DNA of 64,000 nt, taken from positions 7,626,001-7,690,000 of the forward strand of contig NC_043005.1 of the NCBI RefSeq assembly GCF_006345805.1, in the 5' to 3' direction. Source of the stretch: Octopus sinensis. Its lineage: Eukaryota. The notes under the pieces are model-generated. The model was not told the DNA's origin, made no database searches, and was given only the letters and a program-made list of their open reading frames with translations. Shown one piece after another: positions 12,076-24,716 of the stretch. The first letter of the stretch is position 1. Each line of letters opens with the position of its first letter. The translations under genes and the position numbers were made by a program.

Positions 12076-12624
12076 TATATATATACAGGGTTCAGTGTTG
12101 ACTGGATGTTTGATTTCTATCACTCTCAGCACATGTCCTCAGATTGCACTGTGCACAGATTGACACCCAAACACTCTGAAATGTTTGTATTGGAGCTTCC
12201 AGTGTAAATGCCAAGCAGTACAGCATGTTGTTTGCAAATTTCTAGCAGAGTGAATTGCGTCATAGTGCTGTTTTTCTCACAGACAGTGCCCAACTGACCC
12301 TACTATACTGTGTAATTAACAAAGTCAAAAACAAACAATGAGTATGCGTGAAATTAAAAATATAAAATGGTGACAATTTACCCATTGCACCCTGTTTGTA
12401 TATAATTTCATGCTGTGTCATCATCATGTAACTTTGTATCCCATGGTAATGTGGGTTGGCTGATTTAACAGGATCCAACCAGCTAGAAGTCTGTTGCGTT
12501 CCATTGTCAGTTGTGATAAGATTTCTACAGTTGGATGCCCTTCCTAACACCATCCACTTTACAGAATGTATTGTGTGTCATCATTTTTTGCCACTGGCAC
12601 TTATGAGGTATTTTTTTTCTTTTT

Positions 12625-12921
12625 CTTTTTCCGACCAGACCATCAGATGTTGTTACACATCGCTGGTCACAATGCGTTCGCACTGTTTTAGCCTTCGAAT
12701 GACATCACCCCGCTGGCTAAGCGAGCAGGCCAACAGAAGAAAGAGTGGGAGAAAGTGTGGTGAAAGAGTACTGCAGGGATCACCACCCCCTGCCGGAGCA
12801 TCGTGGAGCTTTTTAGGTGTTATCGCTCAATAAACACTCACAACGCCCGGTCTGGGAATCGAAACCGCGATCCTACGACCGCGAGTCCGCTGCCCTAACC
12901 ACTGGGCCATTGCGCCTCCAC
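12625..12921 (-). mobile_element. SINE with family C head and an alternative 3' end
   Basis: Head matches family C; the body diverges after tctttcacc; A-rich tail. Confidence 0.8.
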
Positions 12922-12924
12922 ACG

Positions 12925-13560
12925 AGGTATTTAGGTAGCTTATAAGACATGACTCCTTGATTGAAGGAAATGACCAGGTATTGAGAGGAAGAGCAAGAGT
13001 CTTGCTTTAGAGGAGATACATGATATACTCTCAATGTACAAAAAGGTAAATATGAAGGGAATGAGGAATAAGTGAGGTGGATAGGGATAGAGGACCAAAT
13101 AAGTTTGGAAGAGTGTGAGGTGAGCAATAGGTGATTAGAGGTAGGAAATACAGGGATATAGGTGATTCAGGGTATGGCCAATGGTGAATCAGTTTGGGGA
13201 AAGGTGAAGGAAATAGGGGTGGGTCATGGAGGGGTAGGTGATAAGTGGCAGTACAAAAAAAAAGGGTGGGGCAGAGAGCAGGATTGTCATTATGGTGTAT
13301 GGACAAGAAATAGGAAGATGATATGAAGCATGTATGAGGAGGATGGAGGAGTGGTCATTGACTAGGGTGAAGATCAGAGGTATGTAGGGGTGAATAGAAA
13401 TGTAACCACACATGGGCCGTTGGTGATTTTCCTTCTTTCTCTTTGGACTTTTCCCTTTCCAACAAAGTGCTATGTTCGAAACTTTAAAAACTCCTTTCAC
13501 CAAATGTCAAACAAATAAAATTCTTGTGCATGCCCTCACGTTTGTTGTCTGTTCATTGAA
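12925..13560. mobile_element. Decayed PLE remnant
   Basis: Purine/pyrimidine-skewed UTR-like stretch plus a degenerate gtgctatgttcgaaac motif related to the 21444 hammerhead motif. Confidence 0.4.
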
Positions 13561-13715
13561 TTGACTATATATATATATATATAATTGATATAGGATAAAA
13601 TTTTTTTATCAATGGCCAGCATATCAAAAAATGCCTTTAAAGGTAAAATTTATATATAATTTACAAGATAAGGGCAGAAGAAAAATTCTAATGCCAGATA
13701 CGCTAAAACAAAAAA

Positions 13716-13944
13716 ATTGTCGATAACCATTAAATTTATGCGTCTCGAAACAAACCGATAGAAATCTCTAAAAAAATTCGTTATTACCGTATTGGTCCAA
13801 TACGTTATTACCGTATGTGCCGCTGAAAAGGGGAAAATTTCTTGTGAATTAACCCCGAAATTGGACCAATACGGTAATAACGATTTTTTTTAGAGATTTC
13901 TATCGGTTTGTTTCGAGACGCATAATTTAATGGTTATCAACAAT
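13716..13944. repeat. Inverted repeat (~85-bp arms) from a PLE terminus, with a degenerate hammerhead at 13818-13876
   Basis: tgccg-CTGAAAA-gggg...cccc-GAAA-ttggaccaa-TA-cggta; lies between (TA)n tracts. Confidence 0.7.
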
Positions 13945-13950
13945 GTATAC

Positions 13951-14036
<86 letters not shown>

Positions 14037-14266
14037 TGTAAATGTCAAACAATGAGAATAAGTGCTCAACACTGCATTGATGGATAAAGATTCTTTATTT
14101 GTGTATTAAGGCTAACTCTGGTTTCATGTCAAGAAAATATCTTAATAATTCTTCAAGCCAATCACATAGAGAATTGGTGTTCATCTCCATTTTGGATTAA
14201 AGCAAAATGAAGATGAACACCACTTTCTTAACATGAAACAAATGATGGCCTTAATACACAAATAAA

Positions 14267-14319
<53 letters not shown>

Positions 14320-14324
14320 TATAA

Positions 14325-14550
14325 AACAATAATGAAGGTTAGGCAACAAATTGCTTCACCACATACCGAAAATTTAGAAATAGCAGCCAAAAGACCGCTA
14401 TTTCTTTTTCCTACAAAATATCTTTCCACAGATAACAGCTATCTGTGGAAAGATATTTTGTAGGAAAAAGAAATAGCGGTCTTTTGGCTGCTATTTCTAA
14501 ATTTTCGGTATGTGGTGAAGCAATTTGTTGCTTAACCCTTCATTATTGTT
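14325..14550. repeat. Near-perfect hairpin with ~110-bp arms and 5-nt loop
   Basis: ...tttccacagata acagc tatctgtggaaa...; related sequence at 11735 and 53581; abuts (TA)n. Confidence 0.9.
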
Positions 14551-14685
14551 ATAATTATATAAATAACTTTTTGTATAAGTTTTTACCTAATATAGTTCTT
14601 TTCCATGCCAAAAACTACTTGGTAAATTTATTAATTTATTAAATTAGTAATTCTTTACCCTATATCTGTAATGATTATATATATA

Positions 14686-15085
14686 GGCGCAGGAGTGGCT
14701 GTGTGGTAAGTAACTTGCTAACCAACAACATGGTTCCGGGTTCAGTCCCACTGCATGGCATCTTGGGCAAGTGTCTTCTACTATAGCCTCGGGCCGACCA
14801 ATGCCTTGTGAGTGGATTTGGTAGACGGAAACTGAAAGAAGCCTGTCGTATATATGTATATATATATATGTATGTGTTTGTGTGTCTGTGTTTGTTCCCC
14901 TAACATTGCTTTACAGCCGATGCTGGTGTGTTTACGTCTCCGTCACATAGCGGTTCGGCAAAAGAGACCGATAGAATAAGTACTGGGCTTACAAAGAATA
15001 AGTCCCGGGGTCGAGTTGCTCGATTTAAGGCGGTGTTCCAGCATGGCCGCAGTCAAATGACTGAAACAAGTAAAAGAGTAAAGAG
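14686..15085 (+). mobile_element. SINE family A
   Basis: Full-length copy in a TA tract. Confidence 0.9.
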
Positions 15086-15095
15086 TATATATATG

Positions 15096-15374
15096 CGTGG
15101 CACCAGTATCTACCATTTTGCCTCCGTGAGACCCAACGCTAAAAATTGCTTTTTACGTTCCACTGGCACAGGTGCAAGTTATGTGACACTAGTAGCGGCC
15201 ACAACTACGATTCCACTTGGCTAGCTGATTATATTGCCAACGTTCTCGGTCACCAGCCATTGGCTCTGTGAGACCCAAAATTCAAAGATCATGCCTCACC
15301 ACCTCGTCCCATGTCTTTCTGGGTTCCCTCCACACTTAGAGATCGGCACTTTTTATACAGCGGTTTCCATCCAT
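15096..15374 (-). mobile_element. RTE LINE 3' end (ORF C-terminus plus UTR)
   Basis: Minus strand reads MDGNRCIK..CRSLSVEG..RKTWDEVVRHDL with frameshifts, followed by family-F-like UTR. Confidence 0.7.
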
Positions 15375-18008
15375 AAGGGGAGTACCGACAGATATCAAAT
15401 AGGAGTACCGACAGAGATCAAAGAGGAATGGCGACAGAGATCAAAGGGGAGTACCGACAGATATCAAAGACAAATGCCATCAAAGAGGAATGCCGACAGA
15501 GATCAAAGAGGAATGCCGACAGAACAAAGGGGAGTTCCGACAGAGATCAAAGAGGAGTTCCGACAGAGATCAAAGGGGAGTGCCGACAGAGATCAAAGAG
15601 GAGTACCGACAGATATCAAAGACAAATGCCGTCAAAGATCAAAGAGGAATGCCGACAGAGATCAAAGAGGAATGCCGACAGAGAACAAAGGGGAGTACCG
15701 ACATAGATCAAAGAGGAATGCCGACAGAGATCAAAGAGGAGTACCGACAGAGATCAAGGACAAATGCCGAAAGAGATCAAAGGGGAGTACCGACAGAGAT
15801 CAAAGAGGAATGCCGACAGAGATCAAAGGGGAGTACCGACAGAGATCAAAGAGGAATGCCGACAGAGATCAAAGGGGAGTACCGACAGAGATCAAAGAGG
15901 AATGCCGACAGAGATCAAAGGGGAGTACCGACAGAGATCAAAGAGGAATGCCGACAGAGATCAAAGGGGAGTACCGATATAGATCAAAGAGGAATGCCGT
16001 CAGAGATCAAAGAGGAGTACCGAGAGAGATCACAGAGAATGCCGACATAGATCAAATAGGAGTACCGACAGAGATCAAAGAGGAATGCCGACAGAGATCA
16101 AAGGGTGTACCGACAGATATCAAAGACAAATGCCATCAAAGATCAAATAGGAATGCCGACAGAGATCAAAGAGGAATGCCGACAGAGATCAAAGGGGATT
16201 TCCGACAGAGATCAAAGGGGAATGCCGGCAGAGATCAAAGGGGAGTACCGAGAGAGATCAAAGAGGAATGCCGTCAGAGATCAAAGAGGAATGCCGACAG
16301 AGATCAAATAGGAGTACTGACAGAGATCAAATAGGAGTCCCGAGAGAGATCAAAGGGGAGTACCGACAGAGATCAAATAGGAGTACCGACAGAGATCAAA
16401 GAGGAATGCCGACAGAGATCAAAGGGTGTACCGACAGATATCAAAGACAAATGCCATCAAAGATCAAAGAGGAATGCCGACAGAGATCAAAGAGGAATGC
16501 CGATAGAGATCAAAGGGAAGTACCGAGAGAGATCAAAGGGGAGTACCGACAGAGATAAAATAGGAATGACGACAGAGATCAAAGAGGAATGCCGACATAG
16601 ATCAAAGAGGAGTACCGACAGATATCAGAGACAAATGCCGTCAAAGATCAAAGAAGAATGCCGACCGAGATCAAAGAGGAATGCCGACAGAGATCAAAGG
16701 GGAGTACCGAGAGAGATCACAGAGAATGCCGACAGAGATCAAATAGGAGTACCGACAGAGATCAAAGATGAATGCCGTCAGAGATCAAAGAGGAATGCCG
16801 ACAGAGATCAAATAGGAGTACCGACAGAGATCAAATAGGAGTCACGAGAGAGATCAAAGGGGAGTACCGACAGAGATCAAATAGGAGTACCGACAGAGAT
16901 CAAAGAGGAATGCCGACAGAGATCAAAGGGTGTACCGACAGATATCAAAGACAAATGCCATCAAAGATCAAAGAGGAATGCCGACAGAGATCAAAGGGGA
17001 GTTTCGACAGAGATCAAAGGGGAGTACCGACAGAGATCAAATAGGAATGCCGACAGAGATCAAAGGGGAGTACCGACAGAGATCAAAGAAGAATGCCGAC
17101 AGAGATCAAAGAGGAGTACCGAGAGAGATCAAGGACAAATGCCGTCAAAGATGAAAGAGGAATGCCGACAGAGATCAAAGAGGAATGCCGTCAGCGATCA
17201 AAAAGGAATGCCGATAGAGATCAAAGGGGAGTACCGACAGAGATAAAATAGGAATGCCGACAGAGATCAAAGAGGAATGCCGACATAGATCAAAGGGGAG
17301 TACCGAGAGAGATCAAAGGGGAGTACCGACAGAGATAAAATAGGAATGCCGACAGAGATCAAAGAGGAATGCCGACATAGATCAAAGAGGAGTACCGACA
17401 GATATCAGAGACAAATGCCGTCAAAGATCAAAGAAGAATGCCGACAGAGATCAAAGAGGAATGCCGAGAGAGATCAAAGGGGAGTACCGAGAGAGATCAC
17501 AGAGATCAAATAGGAGTACCGACAGAGATCAAAGAGGAATGCCGTCAGAGATCAAAGAGGAATGCCGAGAGAGATCAAAGGGGAGTACCGAGAGAGATCA
17601 CAGAGATCAAATAGGAGTACCGACAGAGATCAAAGAGGAATGCCGTCAGAGATCAAAGAGGAATGCCGACAGAGATCAAATAGGAGTACCGACAGAGATC
17701 AAATGAGTCCCGAGAGAATCAAAGGGGAGTTTCGACAGAGATCAAAGAGGAATGCCGGCAGAGATCAAAGGGGAGTACCGACAGAGATCAAGGACAAATG
17801 CCGTCAAAGATCAAAGAGGAATGCCGACAGAGATCAAAGAGGAATGCTCACAGAGATCAAAGGGCAGTACCGACAGAGATCAAAGAGGAATGCCGACAGA
17901 GATCAAAGGGGAGTACCGACAGAGATCAAAGAGGAATGCCGACAGAGATCAAAGGGGAGTACCGAGAGAGATCAAATAGAATGCCGACAGAGATCAAATA
18001 GGAGTACC
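15375..18008 (+). repeat. 23-bp minisatellite, about 114 units
   Basis: Main units CCGACAGAGATCAAAGAGGAATG and CCGACAGAGATCAAAGGGGAGTA, plus minor variants. Confidence 0.97.
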
Positions 18009-18102
18009 TATAGCAGAAGACACTTGCCCAAGATACCACGCAGTGGGACTGGACCCTGAATGATGTGGTTGGTTAGCAAGCTACTTACCACACAGCCACT
18101 CC
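18009..18102 (-). mobile_element. SINE family A head abutting the minisatellite
   Basis: Minus strand ggagtggctgtgtggtaagtagcttgc...cttgggcaagtgtcttctgcta joins directly to the array. Confidence 0.8.
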
Positions 18103-18516
18103 AAATTTATATGATAGGCTTGTTTCAGTTTCCAGCTATCAAATCCACCCACAAGGCATTAATTGTCCTGGCGCTATAATAGAAGACACTTGGCCAATAA
18201 GCTGTTCAGTGGGACTGAACCTGAAACCAAGTGGTATCTAGAATGATTATATTAATGTTCTTTTATTCTCACTCAGTTATAGGAGCCATTTTAGCAATCT
18301 TAATAATCCTGATGCGCACTCTTCTATCTCTACTATCTCTTCTCTGTCTATCTCTCTCCCTCTCTTGTTCATCATCCTTTCTGGTTTTCTCTCCCACCCT
18401 TCCCTATTTTTCTCCTCTCCTCTTCACCGTTCCCTCTCTCTCACTCTTCCTCTTTGACCATCTCGTCACTGACACGTGATGAAAGGGAATCTATCTTTCT
18501 GTCCATTTTCTTCCTA

Positions 18517-19030
<514 letters not shown>

Positions 19031-19248
19031 ATATGAATCCACCTGTGTTTAGTTAAATTACCACTTCCAGAGATACGTTTTTTCTCCTGTATTAATGTGT
19101 TTATGAGTGGTTAAGTGACTTGTGATAGAGAATGATGCACCACGCATATATCATAGTGATATGCTTTCTCTCCTGTATGAATGTGCTTACGTTTAGTTCA
19201 GACACCGTTTTCAGAAAATGATTAACCACAAATATTACAGTGATTGGC

Positions 19249-19653
19249 ATCCGTGCTAGTGGAGCGCTAAGAGTACCATACAAGTGAGATCGGAGCCAGA
19301 GCAACAAGCTGACCTCTGTGCTGATGGCATGTTAAAAACACCATTCAAGCTCCATCCAACCAAAATGCAAATATATGGGAAACTACCACCTGTGTCATCT
19401 CTTGTGAAAGGTAGGAGAGTCCAGTTTGCTGGACATTGTTGTAGAGCTGAAAAAGAGGTAATTTCTACTCTTCTCCTCTGGAAGCCATCTACTCGCAATA
19501 CCAGAGGGCGCACACTCTCCTACCCTGATGTAATCTCTAGGGATACAGGCATCCAGCAACAGGACCTCCGTAATGCCATGATGGACTGTGAAGTCTGGCG
19601 TAGCATGGTAAATTCCATTGTCTCGACCACGGTCGAACAATGATGATGATGAT
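19249..19653 (+). mobile_element. RTE-clade LINE 3' end
   Basis: IYGKLPPVSSLVKGRRVQFAGHCCR...LLLWKP...RDTG...AMMDCEVWR, followed by a (TGA)n tail. Confidence 0.85.
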
Positions 19654-19965
19654 GCTACCTGCACCACCTTACTAGCACTTGTGCTGGTGGCACGTGAAAA
19701 ACATTGAAGCGAGATCGTTGCCAGTGTTGCTGGACTGGCTCCTGTGCAGGTGGCACATAAAAAGCACCATTTGAGCGTGGCTGTTGCCAGTACCACCTGA
19801 CTGGCCCTCATTCCAGTGGCATGTAAAAGCACCCACTACACTCTCGGAGTGGTTGGCATTAGGAAGGGCATCCAGCTGTAGAAACTCTACCAGATCAGAT
19901 TGGAGTCAGGTGCAGCCATCTGGTTCGCCAGACCTCAGTCAAATCGTTAAACAATGATGATGATG
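19654..19965 (+). mobile_element. Family F (RTE-tail-related) repeat
   Basis: Internal ggtggcacgtaaaaagcacc-type repeats, ggcattaggaagggcatccagctgtagaaac, and (GAT)n tail. Confidence 0.7.
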
Positions 19966-20233
19966 TTTTGTCTCCTGTATAAATACATTTATGAGTAATG
20001 AAGTGAACTTTTTGAGAGAATGACTTTTTACATATATCACAGTGATGATTGTTCTATTTCTTTTGGAATCTCTTCAAGAAATAAAAGTCAATCCTTTGTG
20101 ATACACAATTCCTTTCATAAGTTTTCTTCTTTCACCACAGTATATAAATATTTTTCCAGTTGTTTTTAGAGTTTGTTCCTAACAAATATTCTTCATTTAT
20201 ATTTCCATCAACTGTTACAGTTGTTGTTATCTA

Positions 20234-20715
20234 CATCATCGTTTAACGTCCACTTTCCATGGTAGTATGGGTTGGACGGTTCAACTGGAGTCTGGGAAGC
20301 CAGAAGGCTGCGCCAGGCCCAGTCTGATCTGGCAGTGTTTCTACAGCTGGATGCCCTTCCTAATGCCAACCACTCCGTGAGTGTAGTGGGTGCTTTTTAT
20401 GTGCCACCGGCACAGGTGCCAGACGAGGCTGGTAAACGGCCACGATCGGATGGTGCTTTTTACGTGCCACTGGCACGGAGGCCAGTTGGGGCGGCGCTGG
20501 CAACGGCCACATTCGGATGGTTCCCTTACTTGCCACTGGCACTGGTATCACAACTACAATTTCCATTGATTTTGATCGATTTCGATTTCACTTGCCTCAG
20601 CAGGTCTTCACAAGTAGAGTTTTGTGTCGCAAGAAGGAAAGGTATGCATAAGAGGACTGGCTACATCCCAGGTAGAGGCCACGGGTTATGGTGTCACTTG
20701 TCTTGCCGGGTCTTC
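20234..20715 (-). mobile_element. Family F repeat / RTE 3' UTR
   Basis: Inverted relative to the 19654 copy; same motifs. Confidence 0.7.
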
Positions 20716-21443
20716 TACAGATGTTGCAAATTCTTTTGTAAATTTGTCCAAGTTTAATAATAGTGCAAACTCATGTTGCATACATTCCAAACAGTGAAGA
20801 ACAGAAATTTTGCTATTAATCTTAGTTCACAACAAATATTTCACCATTATTTAATCCTACAGTTAAAAATAATAATAATGAAATTATTGTATACAATGCT
20901 CAGGTGCACCACAACTTGTCAAAAGTGCATATAAAGTATATGCAGTAATGTACAAATGTCTGGAAAGCAAACAGTGTATGAGTCAGATACATGCTTGCGT
21001 GTGTATGGAGGGGGAAAAATCAGGTGTAGTGTTGGTGAGTTATATAAGTAGGGTGGGTTGTATCTGTTCTATACAACATCTTTCTTTAGTTTTTAAAAGA
21101 TGAAAAATATTGTTGATGCTTCTACTGCAAAGTATTTATTTGAATGTCACCTGATATTCTGAAATAACAGAGAAACTGTATAAGATGTAGAAGATACTTA
21201 AAAAGTAAAGAATCAAACGGGAAATTTTATGACATTTTTGTACTAATAAACTGTCTGTACATGTGTATGTGTGTGTGTCCGTGTGTGCGCGTCCATGTGC
21301 GTGCACGCGTATATATGTATGTATGTTTGTATGTATGTATGTATGTATGTATGCATGTATGCATTTCAATATGTGACCGCGTGTGTATCGTTGGCGATTT
21401 TTTTCCTCCGTCTTCCCTTCCTTGGACCTTTCCTTTTTTCTAT

Positions 21444-21478
21444 ATTTCTGACAAAGAGCTCTGCTCGAAACATTAAAT
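21444..21478 (+). ncRNA. Degenerate PLE hammerhead motif
   Basis: attt-CTGACAA-a gagc tct gctc-GAAA-cattaaat; G>A change in the core. Confidence 0.5.
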
Positions 21479-21911
21479 CCTCCTTCTTTCTTTCCTTCCC
21501 TGAGTGTCTAATAACATTATATTTGTTCCACGTCCTTGAGTTGTTGTGTTTTCTCTTTGTTCATGTTTGGATTAACTACATGTACATATGTATGTACATA
21601 TGTATTTATGTGTGTGTATATGTGGGAAATGCCTCTATGTGAATGAATTGACAGGGTATAACAAAATATACTGTAACGAAAAATTCATTATGACACTGGT
21701 ACAAATTGTAGACACTTATTCATGCAGTACACAACAAACAGTTCATAGAACACATACATTATAGAAACACTCTTTTTTGTAAATTTCCAACATCCACCAA
21801 GCAGGGACAATGAAATATTTTAAAGCTAAATATTACTGTTTAGATACAATTCGTCTATATTAAGAATATCTAAGCAGATAAATATTTGAAAGCAGATAGG
21901 GAAAGTGTGTA

Positions 21912-22575
21912 CAGTTATACCTAACAGTGGAGGCGCAATGGCCCAGTGGTTAGGGCAGCGGACTCGCGGTTTCGATTCCCAGACCGGGCGTTGTGAGTGT
22001 TTATTGAGCGAAAACACCTAAAAGCTCCACGAGGCTCCGGCAGGGGATGGTGGTGATCCCTGCTGTACTCTTTCACCACAACTTTCTCTCACTCTTACTT
22101 CCCGTTTCTGTTGTACCTGTATTTCAAAGGGCCGGCCTTGTCACTCTCTGTGTCACGCTGAATATCCCCGAAAACTACGTTAAGGGTACACGTGTCTGTG
22201 GAGTGCTCAGCCACTTACACGTTAATTTCACGAGCAAGCTGTTCCGTTGATTCGGATCAACCGGGACCCTCATCGTCGTAACCGACGGAGTGCTTCCATA
22301 CCTAACTTTACGAGACACTGGGTTTACGAGTTTTATTTTATAATAAATTTTCAAGCACAAGATCCAAATTTTGAAGAAAGTGCAAAAGTTTCTACTACTG
22401 TAACAAATGTTTCTGTGTGTTACCGAGAAATTTATAGAGAGCAAAGAAAGCTTCTATGCAGACTTTTCAAAAAAGAAATCTACAAGTCCGTCCACGAGTG
22501 CTTGTGAATCGACGATCGTGTCTACAAGTGATGGTGTGTGCGAGTCTAATGCGAGTGGAAGTGATGCAGAAAACG

Positions 22576-22620
<45 letters not shown>

Positions 22621-22867
22621 TAATAATAATAATAATAAAATGATCTTGACATTCTTTTTACTTTACATAAAATATTCTTTACATTCTACTGTTGTTTTAT
22701 TGCCGTTTATTTACGAGTACTATAAATTTTATAGGCAAAATATTTTTCTTGGAATGAATTTCAATTTATAACGTTGCTACTATGGGAAACTATTGCTCTG
22801 TTTTACGAGTTTTCGCTTTACAAGCGGTCTCCGGGAACAAATTTACACGTATATCGAGGCATTACGA
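21912..22867. mobile_element. Tigger/pogo-like non-autonomous element, interrupted by SINE C
   Basis: Left end cagttatacctaac|tttacgag; right end cgtatatcgaggcattacg; internal tttacgag repeats. Confidence 0.5.
21927..22297 (+). mobile_element. SINE family C (tRNA-derived)
   Basis: Head gtggaggcgcaatggcccagtggttagggcagcggactcgc; TSD atacctaac. Confidence 0.9.
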
Positions 22868-23379
22868 TATTAAATTTCCTTACAATCCATACATCGCAAT
22901 TTAGGGACTGATTTTGTTAATATAATGTATATGTATATATATCTATATATATCTGTTGTTTTATGTACATTAATGGTTGACTTGCGGCAAAGAAATCTCA
23001 ACTTGTGATCTAAGGGAAACAACTCATAAGAAACTAAACTCGAACATTCAAATAATTTGACGAAAACACAACGGAGTAGATTTTACAGCCAACCTAAATT
23101 TAAATTGTTTTCATAGATACCAAATATATTTCGAAAAGATTTTGTGTAAAGGTATAAGTTTAAACTTCTGTAATAATGATTATCTGCAACAATCCTTTCT
23201 ACTGAAATTGGGCGGCAGGGGAACTAGGCGGTTAGTGGTTCACTGGTACCTAATTTATGAAAGGCAAAAATAATTGAAATTTATCTGTAAAATTAAGATT
23301 AAGATAAATAAAAGTGTTTCCTTATTTTGGACTTAATTTACAGTTATAGAAGTCCTGCAGTATATTTATTTTATTGATA

Positions 23380-23774
23380 TCTTTATATATAAAAGTGAGG
23401 TTGTGTGCTGTCTGTCTCCTACGATTTAGATTCCTAACTACTCCCACATTTTGCGGTGCAGTTTAACCAAAACCGGGTATCTTATAGTCGTGATTCATAT
23501 CGAGCCCTTCTGGGTATTAGCGCGCGTCTACCATGACTCTACGATTTTAAAAAAAAATTACCATCAATTTTTCCCATTTTTAATGCATTTTTGGCATATA
23601 TAAGGGAAGTAACTCTCTAAAAATTTATTATTAAATCTCAGAACGTAAAATGCTACAGTAACACCCCCCTTTGTGGTTAGCCATATTGAGATGGCTATTA
23701 TACTTTACATCTCTAAAAATGCTTATATAGTTATTTCCCTTACAAACCCGAGCAACGCCGGGCGATACTGCTAG
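23380..23774 (+). mobile_element. Non-autonomous Helitron (family E)
   Basis: A|TC...cccgagcaacgccggg...CTAG|T. Confidence 0.9.
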
Positions 23775-23940
23775 TTTTATATAACTTACGTCCTTCTTTC
23801 AATCAGGCTCACACGAAGAATTGTCTTTAAGAGTGTCAAATGGAAATTTATAAACAAAATAATGTTTTCGAATTGTGGTTTGTATTATAAGAAGAGAAGG
23901 AATATATTCAATAATGTGATTTGATGAATATACAGTTTGA

Positions 23941-24435
23941 GTGCAGGTGTGGCTGTGTGGTAAGTAGCTTGCTTATCAACCACATGGTTCCGGGTTCAGT
24001 CCCCAGTGCATGGCACCCTGGACAAGTGTCTTCTACTATAGCCTAGGGCCAACCAAAGCCTTGTGAGTGGATTTGGTAGACGGAAAGTGAAAGAAGCATG
24101 TATGTATGTATGTATGTATGTATGTATGTATGTATGTATGTATGTATGTATGTATGTATGTATGTATGTATGTATGTATGTATGTATGTATGTATGTATG
24201 TATGTATGTATGTATGTATGTATGTATGCATGCATGCATGTGTATATGTTTGTGAGTCTGTGTTTGTCCCCCCCAACATCGCTTGACAACCGATTGTGGT
24301 GTGTTTACATCCCCGCAAAAGAGATCGATAGAATAAGTACTGGGCTTACAAAGTATAAGTCCTGGGGTCGAGTTGCTCGATTAAAGGCGGTGCTCCAGCA
24401 TGGCCGCAGTCAAATGACTGAAACAAGTAAAAGAG
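23941..24435 (+). mobile_element. SINE family A with expanded internal (TATG)n
   Basis: About 130 bp of pure (ATGT)n at 24098-24228, at the family's internal microsatellite position. Confidence 0.85.
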
Positions 24436-24716
24436 TATGTCTTTGATACGGTATCCTTTTAAACTTTTGTAAGCAAATATTTCATATTTTACTTCATAAA
24501 TAAACTTCACTTTAAAACTGTAAATGAATGTCTTTTAAGAACGTTTTCGTTATTGTTTCTCCTTGAATTATTCCAAAATTCGAAGTTTTGATATTTCGGA
24601 ATTCTGGGTATTTAATATTTGAAGCTTTTGATATTCCGATTTTTGGTAATTTGAAATTCGATCTTTTACGTTCGGCATTCTTGTGTCCAGCCCTTTACTT
24701 GCTACTCAGTTCAAGT

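Larger units (their letters stand above)
19065..20230 (-). pseudogene. C2H2 zinc-finger pseudogene split by retroelement insertions
   Basis: HCDICKKSFSQKVHFITHKCIYTGDK (~19965-20050) and HCNICG*SFSENGV*TKRKHIHTGEKAYHYDIC../SFSITSHLTTHKHINTGEK (~19075-19245), with stops and frameshifts. Confidence 0.8.

Noticed and set aside
15375-18008. CRISPR array
   Set aside because: The variable part is only ~7 bp and recurs as a few variants; there are no unique spacers or cas genes, and the context is eukaryotic.
15234-18059. 366-aa ORF and overlapping repeat ORFs
   Set aside because: The 23-bp unit is not a multiple of 3 and is stop-poor, so all three + frames give the same peptide; the frames are broken by indel variants.
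21927-21990. tRNA genes at SINE heads
   Set aside because: A/B boxes run into SINE bodies with TSDs; no complete cloverleaf or terminator.
22047-22250. Recurrent 67-aa ORF MVVIPAVLFHH...
   Set aside because: Incidental frame inside SINE C, repeated because the SINE is young.
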